Source: Candidatus Binatia bacterium
Lineage (GTDB): Bacteria > Desulfobacterota > Binatia > HRBIN30
Direction: 5' to 3'
Assembly (NCBI GenBank): GCA_038245295.1
Contig: JBBRSP010000002.1
Span: 224,001-288,000 of the forward strand
Length of the DNA: 64,000 bases
The stretch's first letter is position 1; each line of letters starts with the position of its first letter. Shown here piece by piece: positions 1-10,206 of this stretch. The notes under the pieces were generated by a model that was not told the DNA's origin, ran no database searches, and was given only the letters and a program-made list of their open reading frames with translations. The translations under genes were made by a program, and so were the position numbers.

Positions 1-441
1 ACCGGCACGCAGGCGGCCAAGGAAGCCGGCAACATGGTCGACCTCGACTCCAACCCGACCAAGCTGCTCGAGGTCGTCGAAGTCGGCAAACAGCTCCTCA
101 TGACGCGTGGCTGCCTGACAACCTTCTCGATCGCCAACGACGTGGCGAAGTACTTCGCCATCTTGCCGGCGCTCTTCATGGCCGTGTTTCCGGAGATCGC
201 GCCGTTGAACATCATGGGCCTGACATCGCCGCTCAGCGCCATCCTGTCGGCGGTCATCTTCAACGCCATCATCATCATCCTCCTCATCCCCTTGTCGTTG
301 CGCGGTGTGCAGTATCGACCGCTAGGCGCCGCCGCCCTGCTGCGACGCTCGTTACTGATCTACGGGCTTGGCGGCGTGATCGCGCCGTTCATCGGCATCA
401 AGCTGATCGACGTTCTCTTGACCCTTGTGGGCTTAGTGTAG
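1..441 (+). CDS. kdpB: K+-transporting ATPase subunit B, 3' part (5' end outside window)
   Basis: [38 protein letters not shown] is the conserved KdpB C-terminus; frame open from base 1. Confidence 0.97.
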   Translation, partial: TGTQAAKEAGNMVDLDSNPTKLLEVVEVGKQLLMTRGCLTTFSIANDVAKYFAILPALFMAVFPEIAPLNIMGLTSPLSAILSAVIFNAIIIILLIPLSLRGVQYRPLGAAALLRRSLLIYGLGGVIAPFIGIKLIDVLLTLVGLV

Positions 442-449
442 GAGGCACC

Positions 450-1049
450 ATGTCGAACATGTTTTTCATTGCACTACGTACGACGGTTGTCACGTTGTTG
501 CTGACCGGGTTCATCTACCCGTTCGTCGTCACCGGCATCAGCCAGGTTGTCTTCCCTCATCAGGCCAACGGCAGCCTGGTCAGAGACGACCAGGGGCGAA
601 CGGTTGGATCGAAGTGGATCGGTCAGAGCTTCAGCAATGCTGGGTACTTCTGGTCGCGCCCGTCGGCGGCCGGCAACGACGGGTATGACGCCACCGCGTC
701 TTCCGGCTCGAACCTCGGCACCACCTCGCAAAAACTGCGCGATCGGATTGTCGCCGACGTAGACAGGTTGCAGGCGGCGAATCCGCAAGCTGGTCGGCCG
801 GTGCCGATCGACCTGGTGACTGCCTCGGCGAGCGGTTTGGATCCGCATGTTTCTCCTGATGCCGCGATGTGGCAGCTTTCGCGCGTGGCGAGTGCGCGCA
901 AGGTTGCCCCGGAACGAATTCGACAGGTCGTCGCGGCGCAGATGGAAGGCCGCGATATCGGCTTCTTCGGTGAAGCGCGAGTCAACGTTCTCTTGCTCAA
1001 CCTGGCCCTCGATCGCCAGTTTGGGAAACCGGCCGCGACCACAGAATGA
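450..1049 (+). CDS. kdpC: K+-transporting ATPase subunit C
   Basis: N-terminal TM; QANGSL, YFWSRPSA, SSGSNLG, LVTASASGLDPH, RVNVLLLNLALD motifs; GGAGG RBS. Confidence 0.97.
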   Translation: MSNMFFIALRTTVVTLLLTGFIYPFVVTGISQVVFPHQANGSLVRDDQGRTVGSKWIGQSFSNAGYFWSRPSAAGNDGYDATASSGSNLGTTSQKLRDRIVADVDRLQAANPQAGRPVPIDLVTASASGLDPHVSPDAAMWQLSRVASARKVAPERIRQVVAAQMEGRDIGFFGEARVNVLLLNLALDRQFGKPAATTE

Positions 1050-2203
1050 CATCGCCGACGCGCCCTCGACCGGAAGACTTCCTTGAGCTCGTCGAGCGTG
1101 CCAAGCGTGGTCGACTCAAGCTCTACATCGGCTTCGCCGCCGGTGTCGGTAAGACCTACCGCATGCTCGAGGAAGCACATGTCCTGAAGGCGCGCGGCGT
1201 CGAGGTTGTTCTTGGCTTCATCGAAACACATGGGCGGACGGAAACCGCTGCCCTGGTCACAGGGCTCGAGTATGTGCCCCTCAAGAAGATCGAATATCGC
1301 GGCCTGATCGTCGAGGAGATGGACCTCGACGCGGTTATCCAGCGGGCTCCTCAGGTTGCCGTCGTCGACGAGGTGGCCCATTCGAATTCGCCCGGGCTGC
1401 GCAACCGCAAGCGTTACCAGGATGTGCTCGAGATCCTCGACGCTGGCATCAACGTGATTTGCGCCTTCAACGTGCAACACCTCGAAAGCCTGAAGGATGT
1501 AGTCGAGCGCGTCACCGGCGTCGTCGTCCGCGAAACCGTTCCCGACAGTTTCCTCAAGCAGGCCGACCAGGTGGTGAATCTCGACCTGGCGACGGAAGAT
1601 CTCCTCGATCGTTTGCGGGCCGGTAAGATCTACGACCCCGCCAAAGTCGAATGGGCACTCGACCATTTCTTCAAAGAAGACAACCTGGCGACATTGCGCG
1701 AGCTGGCGTTGCGCGAAGTGGCGGAGAGCATCGATCGATCGAATCCGAATCAGATTGGTCCCGCGTCCGGAGCGCGCACGCATTCCGCCGCCGCCCGGCT
1801 GATGGTGTGTATCTCTTCGTTCAGCCCGCGCGCCGCGACGCTGCTGCGCCGCGGTTCACGAATGGCCGGGCGACTGAACACCGACTGGTTCGTGGTCTAT
1901 GTCGAGACGCCCGACGAAGCGCCGCACCGGATCGATTCCGAAGCGCAACGCCACCTCCTCGAAAACATCCAGAAGGCGCGCGAGCTCGGTGCGATTGTCG
2001 TGCGTTTGCAGAGTGACGACGCCGTCAAAGCTCTGCTCGACTACGGGCGCGTTCACGGTGTCGGACATATCATCATCGGTCGTTCGCACCGGCCGACCTG
2101 GCAAAACTGGTTCCGCAAGAGCTTTGTGGCGCGCATGGTCGAGGCGGCGATCGACTTCGACTTACAAATCGTCGCCCTCGACGACAGCGAGGTGCGAGCA
2201 TGA
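1046..2203 (+). CDS. kdpD: KdpD N-terminal sensor (KdpD + universal stress protein domain), no kinase domain
   Basis: GRLKLYIGFAAGVGKTYRML, KRYQDV, NVQHLESL; C-terminal USP-like domain; ATGA overlap with kdpC. Confidence 0.9.
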   Translation: MTSPTRPRPEDFLELVERAKRGRLKLYIGFAAGVGKTYRMLEEAHVLKARGVEVVLGFIETHGRTETAALVTGLEYVPLKKIEYRGLIVEEMDLDAVIQRAPQVAVVDEVAHSNSPGLRNRKRYQDVLEILDAGINVICAFNVQHLESLKDVVERVTGVVVRETVPDSFLKQADQVVNLDLATEDLLDRLRAGKIYDPAKVEWALDHFFKEDNLATLRELALREVAESIDRSNPNQIGPASGARTHSAAARLMVCISSFSPRAATLLRRGSRMAGRLNTDWFVVYVETPDEAPHRIDSEAQRHLLENIQKARELGAIVVRLQSDDAVKALLDYGRVHGVGHIIIGRSHRPTWQNWFRKSFVARMVEAAIDFDLQIVALDDSEVRA

Positions 2204-4053
2204 CGCTACGAATCAAATTGCTGTTGGCGTTGGCTCCCCTGGCCATTGCGCTCGTCGTGGTCAGCATCGTGGCCACCTCGAATGTCTCGTCCCTCGGCTG
2301 GCACTCGGAAGCGATCCTGAAAGACAATTATCGCAGCGTGCTGGCGGCGCAGCGAATGAAGGACTCGGTCGAGCATCTAGAGCACCTCGCGGCGAGTGTC
2401 GTTTCCGGAGCTTCGAATGAGGAACGACCCAGCAAAGCGGAGGATCATCGCCGACACTTTGAGGACGAGTTGCGGGTCCAGGAAGGCAACGTCACAGAGC
2501 CAGGGGAGCTCGATGCGACGCAGCGCCAGCGCAATCGTTGGACAACCTATCAGAAAGAATTCGACGCGTTTCGATCGCTGCGTGATCCGGATCAGGGGCG
2601 AGCCTTCTTTCGCGAACGCCTCGAGCCGGCTTTCGTGGCGATCACCGATGCGGCCGACGCAATTCTCACCGTCAACCTCGATGCCATCGTCCAGAAGAGT
2701 GAGCGTGCGCATCAGGTTGCGGAGCGTCTCAACGTCATAACCCTGGCGGTGTCGATCGCGGCGCTGCTGATCGGCGGTATTGCGTCGACTCTGCTCACCA
2801 GTCGTCTGCTTGCCCCACTGGGTCTTCTCACACGCACCGTGCACCGTATCGGCGAGGGCGACTTCGAGACCCGCGTTGATGTCTCGGGTGAAGACGAAAT
2901 CGCCCAGCTCGCCGGTACGATCAATGCGATGGCCGTGCGCCTGCGCCAGTATCGCAACAGCTCGCTCGGCGAACTGCTGTTGGCGCAACAGGCGTCGCAG
3001 GCCGCTATCGACAGTTTGCCGGACCCGGTTGTCGTGTACGACCTTCAAGGTGGGGTGATCAACGTCAACGAAGCCGCTGAGGCGGTCCTCGGGGTTGGCG
3101 TGAAGCCGCCCGATGAATTGGATCCCGCGGTGCGCGCCACACTCGAACGCGCCAGCACGCATGTGTTGAGTGGCAAGGGGCCGTATCAGGCCAAGAGCTT
3201 TGAGGATGCGATTGCGGTGCGAACGTCGGAGGGAACCCGATACTTCTCCCCACGCGCCACGCCGGTTCACACCGAGAGCGGCAGTATCAGCGGCGTGACG
3301 GTGTTGATGCAAGACGTTACCCGCGCCCGTCTAGTCGACGATCTACGCAACGACCTGGTGGCGACCGTCGCACACGAGTTCCGAACCCCCCTCACCTCGT
3401 TGCGCCTGGCGATCCACATGTGCCTCGAACAGGCCGCCGGACCGTTGAATGATCGTCAATCCGATCTCTTGTACACGGCGCGCGAGGATTGCGATCGACT
3501 CCAGTCGATGGTCGACGAGCTCCTCGATCTGGCGCGCATCCAGGGTGGCCACATGGAGTTGCACCGGCGCCCAACCAATCCGCTGATGTTGATCGACAGC
3601 GCTGCTTCCACGTATCGGCGCGACGCGGAGGATCATCACATCGTGCTGCAGACTTCGGTGGCGCCCGGACTGCAGGAGATTCAAGTTGATCGTGAGCGCA
3701 TCCAGCTCGTGCTTTCCAATCTCCTGAGCAACGCCATTCGACATACGCCGCCAGGTGGCTCGATCGAGATCGGAGTTAAGGCACAGGATGGCATCGTTCG
3801 GTTTGAAGTCGCCGACTCCGGTGCTGGAATTCCGGCCGAGTACCGCCAACAGGTGTTCGGGAAATTTGTGCGCCTTCCGAACAGTGTCGGAGGCGGCACC
3901 GGCCTTGGCTTGTCGATCGCAAAGCAGATCGTCGATGCGCACGGTGGCAAGATTGGCGTCGACGCATCGGTGTCGGGTGGTGCGATGTTCTGGTTCACTC
4001 TGCCGACAGCGGCGCTGGAAGCCGAGCCGCTGGTCCCGGTCGCGACGGCTTGA
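2200..4053 (+). CDS. Membrane sensor histidine kinase (TM-helical sensor-TM-HAMP-PAS-HisKA-HATPase), KinB-like
   Basis: H-box VAHEFRTPL, N-box NLLSNAIRHT, DSGAGI, GTGLGLSI; ATGA overlap with kdpD. Confidence 0.92.
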   Translation: MTLRIKLLLALAPLAIALVVVSIVATSNVSSLGWHSEAILKDNYRSVLAAQRMKDSVEHLEHLAASVVSGASNEERPSKAEDHRRHFEDELRVQEGNVTEPGELDATQRQRNRWTTYQKEFDAFRSLRDPDQGRAFFRERLEPAFVAITDAADAILTVNLDAIVQKSERAHQVAERLNVITLAVSIAALLIGGIASTLLTSRLLAPLGLLTRTVHRIGEGDFETRVDVSGEDEIAQLAGTINAMAVRLRQYRNSSLGELLLAQQASQAAIDSLPDPVVVYDLQGGVINVNEAAEAVLGVGVKPPDELDPAVRATLERASTHVLSGKGPYQAKSFEDAIAVRTSEGTRYFSPRATPVHTESGSISGVTVLMQDVTRARLVDDLRNDLVATVAHEFRTPLTSLRLAIHMCLEQAAGPLNDRQSDLLYTAREDCDRLQSMVDELLDLARIQGGHMELHRRPTNPLMLIDSAASTYRRDAEDHHIVLQTSVAPGLQEIQVDRERIQLVLSNLLSNAIRHTPPGGSIEIGVKAQDGIVRFEVADSGAGIPAEYRQQVFGKFVRLPNSVGGGTGLGLSIAKQIVDAHGGKIGVDASVSGGAMFWFTLPTAALEAEPLVPVATA

Positions 4054-4068
4054 GGGGGAAACGGTGGC

Positions 4069-5433
4069 CTACTCTTGCTCGTACTTCTTGCGTTTGCGCC
4101 ACAGCGTCGAGGAGTCGATGCCGAGGACCTTCACGGCATCTTCCAGGGTCGGCGAGCGGGAAATGACGCGTAGAATGTGTTCGCGTTCGATCGCCTCCAG
4201 CGAGCAATTGCCGCCGAGTTGCGGTGCCGATGTTGGCTGTGCCGCAATCCGTTCGGGGAATGCCGCTGGCTCGATGGTGCGCGCCGGCCACAGAATCACC
4301 GCGCGCTCGATAGCATTGTGCAACTCGCGCAGATTCCCCGGCCATGGATACGAACGCAGTGCTTCCACCGCCGCCGGCGACAACTCCGGGGTGATGCGCC
4401 GCGCGTTGCGCGCCGCGACAGCGAGAAAACCGTTGGCCAGCCGCAACAGATCCTCGGGGCGCTCGCGTAAGGGTGGCAGCGTCACCTCGATCACGTTGAG
4501 TCGGTAGAGCAGATCTTGACGAAAGCGACCGGTTTGAACATCGAGCTCAACATCGCGATTGGTTGCCGTCACAACGCGCACGTCGGCGGTGCGGGTCTTG
4601 GTTTCTCCGAGGCGCTCGAATTGTTTGTCTTGCAGGAAGCGCAGCAGCTTGGCTTGCAGGTTGGGAGAGATCTCGGCGATTTCATCGAGGAAGAGGGTGC
4701 CGCCTTGCGCCGCTTCGACACGTCCCGCCTGGTCCGCGACCGCGCCGGTAAACGCGCCTTTGGCGTGGCCAAACAGCTCGCTGGCGAGGAGATCATCGGA
4801 CAGGGTCGGGCAGTTGACGACGACAAACGGATAGTTGCCACGCGGGCTCTGAGCGTGCAGAGCCCGCGCCAGCACTCCTTTGCCCGTGCCGCTTTCGCCG
4901 CGCAGAAAGACTGGGGCGTCGGAAACCGCCGCACGCGCCACGGTGTCCAGCACGGCGCGCATCTTGGGCGAGTTTGTCGTCAGGTCAGCCTCGGGCAGTG
5001 TTGCACTGAGCTGTTGCTCGAGATCGGCAACGTGTTGCCTCATGGCTTTGCGCTCAGCGACTTGATTGGTCACGTGACGGATCTGCGCCGGAGTGAACGG
5101 CTTGGGAAGGTAGTCGTAGGCGCCCCGTTTGATGGCTTCGACAGCGGTTTCGAACGTCGCGTAGGCCGTAATGACGATGATGGCGAGTTGCGGGCTTTCG
5201 GCCAGCAGTTGCGGGATCAGATCTAATCCATTTGCCTCGGCCAATCGGAGATCGAGGAAGGCGAGGTCGTAGGTTTGAAACCGCAGAGCATCGAGGGCTG
5301 CGGGTGCCGAAGCGGCCGGTGTGACGACGTAGCCGGCGTCGCGCAGGCAGATCGACAGCGTACCGCGGATGTTTTTCTCGTCGTCGATGACCAAGACGCG
5401 AAACGGGGCACGGCTTGGCGGATCGTTGGACAC
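4069..5433 (-). CDS. Sigma-54-dependent response regulator (REC-AAA+-Fis HTH), AlgB/NtrC-like
   Basis: VIDDE receiver, GESGTGK, GAFTGA, LFLDEI, WPGNLREL, C-terminal LGIDSSTLWRK. Confidence 0.95.
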   Translation of the reverse strand: MSNDPPSRAPFRVLVIDDEKNIRGTLSICLRDAGYVVTPAASAPAALDALRFQTYDLAFLDLRLAEANGLDLIPQLLAESPQLAIIVITAYATFETAVEAIKRGAYDYLPKPFTPAQIRHVTNQVAERKAMRQHVADLEQQLSATLPEADLTTNSPKMRAVLDTVARAAVSDAPVFLRGESGTGKGVLARALHAQSPRGNYPFVVVNCPTLSDDLLASELFGHAKGAFTGAVADQAGRVEAAQGGTLFLDEIAEISPNLQAKLLRFLQDKQFERLGETKTRTADVRVVTATNRDVELDVQTGRFRQDLLYRLNVIEVTLPPLRERPEDLLRLANGFLAVAARNARRITPELSPAAVEALRSYPWPGNLRELHNAIERAVILWPARTIEPAAFPERIAAQPTSAPQLGGNCSLEAIEREHILRVISRSPTLEDAVKVLGIDSSTLWRKRKKYEQE

Positions 5434-5520
5434 CGAGGGGTCTTATTCTCCGACCGCCGACGCTGCAAGGCTGCAAGTACGCCGCTTCGCGGTTTCGGGG
5501 GTTTGGTCGTCCGAACTGTT

Positions 5521-5542
5521 CAAGCTGAAGCTTACGCCTACC
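5521..5542 (-). repeat. GTAG-type REP, degenerate single copy
   Basis: caagctgaagcttacgcctacc resembles copies at 7725, 48059 and 51994. Confidence 0.65.
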
Positions 5543-5605
5543 GACGGCTGCTTCGCCGAGCGCACGAAGAAGGCGCGGGCTTACACAGAACTAGGAGTAG
5601 ATGAA

Positions 5606-6451
5606 ATGAAACGTCGATGGATCACCCTGGCCGTGGTCGCCTTCACTGTCGGATGCAACTCAGAATCGGCGGGGCCGCGTCAGATGCACAAGCAACGTCT
5701 GCTCGACACGATTAGCCAGACGCTTCTCGGGTCGGTCGAGGCGGAGAAGAGCGCCGTGCTGGCGACGACGGATGAAGAGTCGCGTGCCCTGGCACTCGAG
5801 GCGAAGAAGTTCGCGGGCGAGATCAACAAGCAGCGCGCCGAGCTGCGTCAGCTCATCGCCGCCGACGGCCGACACGAGGAGATCGCCAAGCTCGACGCCT
5901 TCGACGTGGCGTGGGCTCAACTCGAACGTGTCGACGAGCGGCTCTTGGGGCTGGCGGTTGAGAACACCAATATAAAGGCCACACAGCTCCTGTCGCGCGA
6001 GGGGGCGACGGCCCTCGATCGTTTTGTCGACGGGCTGAACCAGATGCAGAAGGTGGTCACTGATCCGGAGATGATCCGCACACTGGCAGGCGCTTCCATC
6101 GCCGCGCTGCACAGTCAGTCGTTGCTCTTCATGCACATCCCGGCGGCCGACGACGCGGAGATGACCCGCTTGGAGAAGCAAATGCACGATCTGAGCGCCG
6201 CGGTGGAGGGTTCGCTGAGCAGCGTACGCGAACGTGCGCAGACCGAGCCGGAACAGCTCGCCGGTACCTCGGCCGCCTGGGCGGAATACCAGCGGCTGGC
6301 GGCCGAAGTCATCCGTTTCTCGCGGCGCAACAGCAACGTTATCTCGTTCGACGTGTCGGTACACGAGAAACGTCAGGCGACGAAGGAGTGCCTCGCGGCG
6401 CTGGCTGCGTTGTCGGCGGCTATCGACGTCGGCCCGCACTCGGCGCGATGA
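5606..6451 (+). CDS. Lipoprotein with tandem MCP-type four-helix-bundle-like domains
   Basis: AGGAG RBS before ATG 5606; MKRRWITLAVVAFTVGC lipobox; two related helical repeats (AWAQLERVDERLLGLAVENTN / AWAEYQRLAAEVIRFSRRNSN). Confidence 0.7.
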   Translation: MKRRWITLAVVAFTVGCNSESAGPRQMHKQRLLDTISQTLLGSVEAEKSAVLATTDEESRALALEAKKFAGEINKQRAELRQLIAADGRHEEIAKLDAFDVAWAQLERVDERLLGLAVENTNIKATQLLSREGATALDRFVDGLNQMQKVVTDPEMIRTLAGASIAALHSQSLLFMHIPAADDAEMTRLEKQMHDLSAAVEGSLSSVRERAQTEPEQLAGTSAAWAEYQRLAAEVIRFSRRNSNVISFDVSVHEKRQATKECLAALAALSAAIDVGPHSAR

Positions 6452-6562
6452 AGCCACGGCTTCAGCGAAAAGGCGCGGGCGTTTCGGCCGACCCCGATCC
6501 GTTGTTCTCGGGTTTTCCTCTCGCATCCGGCGAGCTTTCGTGGGAGAAGAAACGACGAAAAC

Positions 6563-7618
6563 GTGATGAGCAATTCCGACCTCAGCGGCCGCGGCACGAG
6601 CGCCAATCCAGCCAACCGTTACGAACGGGTCCATATCGAGTCGGACCTCACGGACGAGGCGGCGCCGTCACCGGGCACGACGTTCCTTAAGGACGCCAGC
6701 CGCAGCATTCTCTCGGCGAATGACAGTCCCGACGTGCCGTTCACCTATAGCATCAATCCCTACCGCGGCTGCGAACACGGCTGTGTCTATTGCTACGCGC
6801 GGCCGAGCCACGAGTATCTGAGCTTCAGCGCCGGGCTCGATTTCGAGACCAAGATTCTCGTCAAGCACGATGCCCCGGAGCTGCTGCGGGTCGCTCTGCG
6901 CAAACCGAGCTGGCAGCCCCAGGTGATTGCGTTGTCGGGCAACACCGACTGCTACCAACCGGCCGAGCGCCAGCTGCAGCTGACGCGGCGCTGCCTGCAG
7001 GTACTGGCCGAGTTTCGCAATCCGGTTGGTATCATCACCAAGAGCGCCCTGGTGGTGCGCGACATCGACATCCTGCGCGAGCTGGCGGCGGTTGGCGCGG
7101 CGCACGTCACGCTCTCCATCACGACTCTCGATCGCGATCTGGCGCGACGTCTCGAGCCCCGTGCGGCTCAGCCCGAACGCCGTCTCGAGGCGTTACGCGC
7201 GCTCAGCGAGGCAGGCATCCCGACGAGTGTGAACGTGGCGCCGTTGATCCCCGGGCTCAACGACGAGGAGATCCCGCGCATTCTTGCGGCCGCGGCCGAT
7301 GCTGGGGCAGGGCAGGCGGCGTACGTGCTGCTGCGGTTGCCGAAACCGGTCGACGTTTTGTTCGAGCAGTGGGTGAAGGAGAATTTCCCCGATCGCCAGG
7401 CGCGTATCCTCGGCCGTATTCGCGAGTGTCGGTCGGGGTTCATCAACGACCCACGTTTCAAGAGCCGCATGCGTGGTGAAGGTGTGTATGCCGAGCAACT
7501 GGGTTCTCTGTTTCGAGCGGCGGCGCGTCACGCCGGGCTGGATCGACCCTTCGCGCCTCTGAACGTCGAGGCTTTTCGGCGGCCGCCACAGCCGGGCGAC
7601 CAGCTTGGGCTGTGGTAG
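6563..7618 (+). CDS. Radical SAM protein, PA0069/Rv2578c family
   Basis: SINPYRGCEHGCVYCYARP (CxxxCxxC), NTDCYQP, ITKS. Confidence 0.92.
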   Translation: MMSNSDLSGRGTSANPANRYERVHIESDLTDEAAPSPGTTFLKDASRSILSANDSPDVPFTYSINPYRGCEHGCVYCYARPSHEYLSFSAGLDFETKILVKHDAPELLRVALRKPSWQPQVIALSGNTDCYQPAERQLQLTRRCLQVLAEFRNPVGIITKSALVVRDIDILRELAAVGAAHVTLSITTLDRDLARRLEPRAAQPERRLEALRALSEAGIPTSVNVAPLIPGLNDEEIPRILAAAADAGAGQAAYVLLRLPKPVDVLFEQWVKENFPDRQARILGRIRECRSGFINDPRFKSRMRGEGVYAEQLGSLFRAAARHAGLDRPFAPLNVEAFRRPPQPGDQLGLW

Positions 7619-7724
7619 CGCGTTCAAAGATGTCTTCGATCTTGCTGCGACGAATTGGTCCCCAGGGTTCATTACGCTGGGTCGACCGTCCTCGGCTTTG
7701 CGCCGAAATTCGCATTGGAGCACT

Positions 7725-7794
7725 CCGCAGGCTGAAGCCTGCGCCTACCGGTCCCCAACTCGCTAGCGTGGTAGGCGCAGGCTTCAGCCTGCGG
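7725..7794. repeat. Inverted pair of GTAG-type REPs (REPIN-like)
   Basis: ccgcaggctgaagcctgcgcctacc and its reverse complement ggtaggcgcaggcttcagcctgcgg, 20 bp apart. Confidence 0.9.
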
Positions 7795-7905
7795 TGAGCT
7801 GAGCGCCGGCTGTTCGTCGAATTCGCGTGCAAAGCCCGGCATTGGAGAGGTTGCCCCGGACGCCAGTTGGTGTTCTTCTCTCAAGCCTCAGGGAGGGACG
7901 TTCGC

Positions 7906-8853
7906 ATGGCCATCACGGTGAAGCCCGAAGACGACTACATGCACGCCAACACCGGCGAGTCGAATTTCAACGAGAGCATGTACTTCAACTTCTATGATCG
8001 CAAGCAAAAGCTCGGCGGCTTCGTGCGCGTCGGCAACCGGGCGAACGAGAAGTATGCCGAGGTGACGATCACGGTGTACCAGCCCGATGGTACATGCCTG
8101 TTCAACTACAAACGTCCGGAGATCGCCGACAACTCGGCGTTCGATGCCGGCGGCATGAAGTTCGAGGTGCTCGAGCCCTTCAAGCATCTGCGTGTCAGCT
8201 ACGACGGCCATGCCGTGTACTTGAAGCAGCCCCTCGATCTAGAGGATCCGCGCAAGGCTTTCACAAGCAATCCGCACATCCCGGTGCAGCTCAACCTCGA
8301 CTACTACGGCTTGAGCCCGATGTATGGCGGCGAGTCGGATGTGCAGAACACCGAGATGACGTTCGCCAAAGGGCATACCGAGCAACACGTCAAAGCCGTC
8401 GGCAAAATCGTCATCGACGGCAAAAAATACGCGCTCAATGCGCTGGGCCTGCGTGACCACTCCTGGGGGCCGCGTTCATGGCAGTCACCGAAGTACTACC
8501 GCTGGCTAACCTGCGAATTCGACGAGAACTTTGGCTTCATGGGCTCGCAGATCGTCATGCAGAGCGGTCTCGAGGTGCTGTCGGGCTTCGTATTCAAGGA
8601 CGGCCAAAACCATTTCGTGCACTCGCTCGAGCTGCACACCGATTGGAGCGAGGGGAACTACCACGACCACATCAAGACTCGCCTGAAGACCGCGGTCGGC
8701 GAGTTCGAAGTAACAGGACGCGTGATGACGATGCTGCCGCTACGCAATCGCAAAGAAGGCAAGGTCACACGCATCAGTGAGGGCATGACGGAGTGGCGTT
8801 GCGGCGAGCACGTCGGCTACGGTCTGTCCGAGTATCTCGATCAGATCGTCTGA
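7906..8853 (+). CDS. Conserved protein, tocopherol cyclase/AttH-like beta fold
   Basis: GGAGGG RBS; FNESMYFNFYD, GLRDHSWGPRSW, GYGLSEYLDQ motifs. Confidence 0.6.
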   Translation: MAITVKPEDDYMHANTGESNFNESMYFNFYDRKQKLGGFVRVGNRANEKYAEVTITVYQPDGTCLFNYKRPEIADNSAFDAGGMKFEVLEPFKHLRVSYDGHAVYLKQPLDLEDPRKAFTSNPHIPVQLNLDYYGLSPMYGGESDVQNTEMTFAKGHTEQHVKAVGKIVIDGKKYALNALGLRDHSWGPRSWQSPKYYRWLTCEFDENFGFMGSQIVMQSGLEVLSGFVFKDGQNHFVHSLELHTDWSEGNYHDHIKTRLKTAVGEFEVTGRVMTMLPLRNRKEGKVTRISEGMTEWRCGEHVGYGLSEYLDQIV

Positions 8854-8906
8854 CTAGTGTCCGCTCTCCCCGCTCGAGTTGATTCGTCGCATCGGGGAGA
8901 GAAACC

Positions 8907-8930
8907 GGTAGGCGCAGGCTTCAGCCTGCG
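8907..8930 (+). repeat. GTAG-type REP
   Basis: ggtaggcgcaggcttcagcctgcg, identical to the copy at 7770. Confidence 0.9.
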
Positions 8931-8940
8931 AGGTCTTTGC

Positions 8941-9861
8941 CTAGCCGGCGAGGCGTCGCAGGAAGGCGATCGTCGCCGTCGCGGCGTTGTGGGCGGCGAA
9001 GCGATAATACGTGGTGAACTGCTGGAGTGCTCCACCGGGGAGCATCAGCGGATCGCCGTTGCCGTCCGAAACGCCGCGGAAGGCAATGAAAGGCAAGTCG
9101 CGCGCCGCCGCCTCGCGGGCGATGGCGGCAGTTTCCATGTCGATCACCGAGGCGGTTGTGGCGTCCGGGCTGAAGCCTTGATCGCCGGCAGTCGGGTTTT
9201 CATCGGAAGGCGCGATGGAGCGGCGCGCTTCGCTTGCTGGTGCAGGGATGTCGCAGCCGTAGAGATCGTCACCGTGGGGGTCGCACGCGAACGGCGTGTT
9301 GCTGAACGGATCGCTGCTTCGGCCAATGCCGCCGACAACGATGCGGGGCGCCTGCTCGACGCATACCGGGGCAGGCGTAATTTGCGGCAGGTCGGTGCAG
9401 CGCTCGAGCGCCGCGCTGGTCGGTGCGGCGATGGCCGTGGCGATGTCGAGCCATTCTTGGTGCGCCGTGAAGGTGGTGCCGTTACGGAACGTCCACGTGT
9501 CCGGCACCGCCACGTCACCGATGCGCAGGGTGCTATTGGCGACGGCGGAGACGACGACACCATCGACATCGAATTGATCGAGCACCGCGCGAGTCGTGGC
9601 GGTCGCATTGGCCAGCCCGATCCCGGTGAGGCCGATGACCACGGGTACACCGGCCAGGTGGCCGACGCGAAACAGCCGGTCGTTGACCACGACGGTATGG
9701 TCGACCTGCGCTTGCGCCAGGATGGGCACCATCTCGGCGGGGAAGGCGCTCAGTATGGCGAGTCGTGGCGGCGTCGAAGGCGTTGCCGCTTCCTCACCGC
9801 AAGCGCCGAGGCCGAGGGTCGCCACGAGTAGGGTGCATGCACACCGCTTTCGGATGTTCAC
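8941..9861 (-). CDS. MTA/SAH nucleosidase-family (PNP_UDP) lipoprotein
   Basis: GGAGG + GTG start; LGLGAC lipobox; ILSAFPAE, TGIGLANA, IDMETAA, FRGVSD. Confidence 0.8.
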   Translation of the reverse strand: MNIRKRCACTLLVATLGLGACGEEAATPSTPPRLAILSAFPAEMVPILAQAQVDHTVVVNDRLFRVGHLAGVPVVIGLTGIGLANATATTRAVLDQFDVDGVVVSAVANSTLRIGDVAVPDTWTFRNGTTFTAHQEWLDIATAIAAPTSAALERCTDLPQITPAPVCVEQAPRIVVGGIGRSSDPFSNTPFACDPHGDDLYGCDIPAPASEARRSIAPSDENPTAGDQGFSPDATTASVIDMETAAIAREAAARDLPFIAFRGVSDGNGDPLMLPGGALQQFTTYYRFAAHNAATATIAFLRRLAG

Positions 9862-9941
9862 AGCAGACCTCCGACGATCAGATTGGAACGGGCAGTTCAT
9901 GCCACGTTCGCCGGCGGCTTGGAAAGTCGGATTGCGTTCTC

Positions 9942-10206
9942 GGTAGTGGTCCGTTTGATTCCCAAGGGGTAGGCAACGTCATCCCGGCGAACGAGACTGT
10001 CGATAAACTGAAATGAAGCAACGTCATCCCGGCGGAAGTCGGGATCGCCTCGATTGGAAAGCTAAAAATGCTGGGGAGATACCGGCTTTCGCCGGTATGA
10101 CGGAGGTGTTTGCGCAGTTTCAAACGATGAATCAGAGAAAATCGACAGTCTCGTTCGCCGGAATGACGAATCCTCGCCGCCTCGGTTTTCAAATGGACCC
10201 ACTACC
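9942..10206. mobile_element. Composite nested MITE (outer element with TIRs and 8-bp TSD)
   Basis: Ends ggtagtggtccgtttga / tcaaatggacccactacc; flanks gcgttctc (9934-9941) and gcattctc (10207-10214). Confidence 0.7.
9993..10152 (+). mobile_element. 160-bp MITE with GAGACTGTCGAT termini containing a CGTC-type REP pair
   Basis: Perfect 12-bp TIR gagactgtcgat/atcgacagtctc; homologous copy at 38030-38189. Confidence 0.8.

Noticed and set aside
7725..8930. REP copies as CRISPR repeats
   Set aside because: Inverted or dispersed, with no regular spacers and no cas genes
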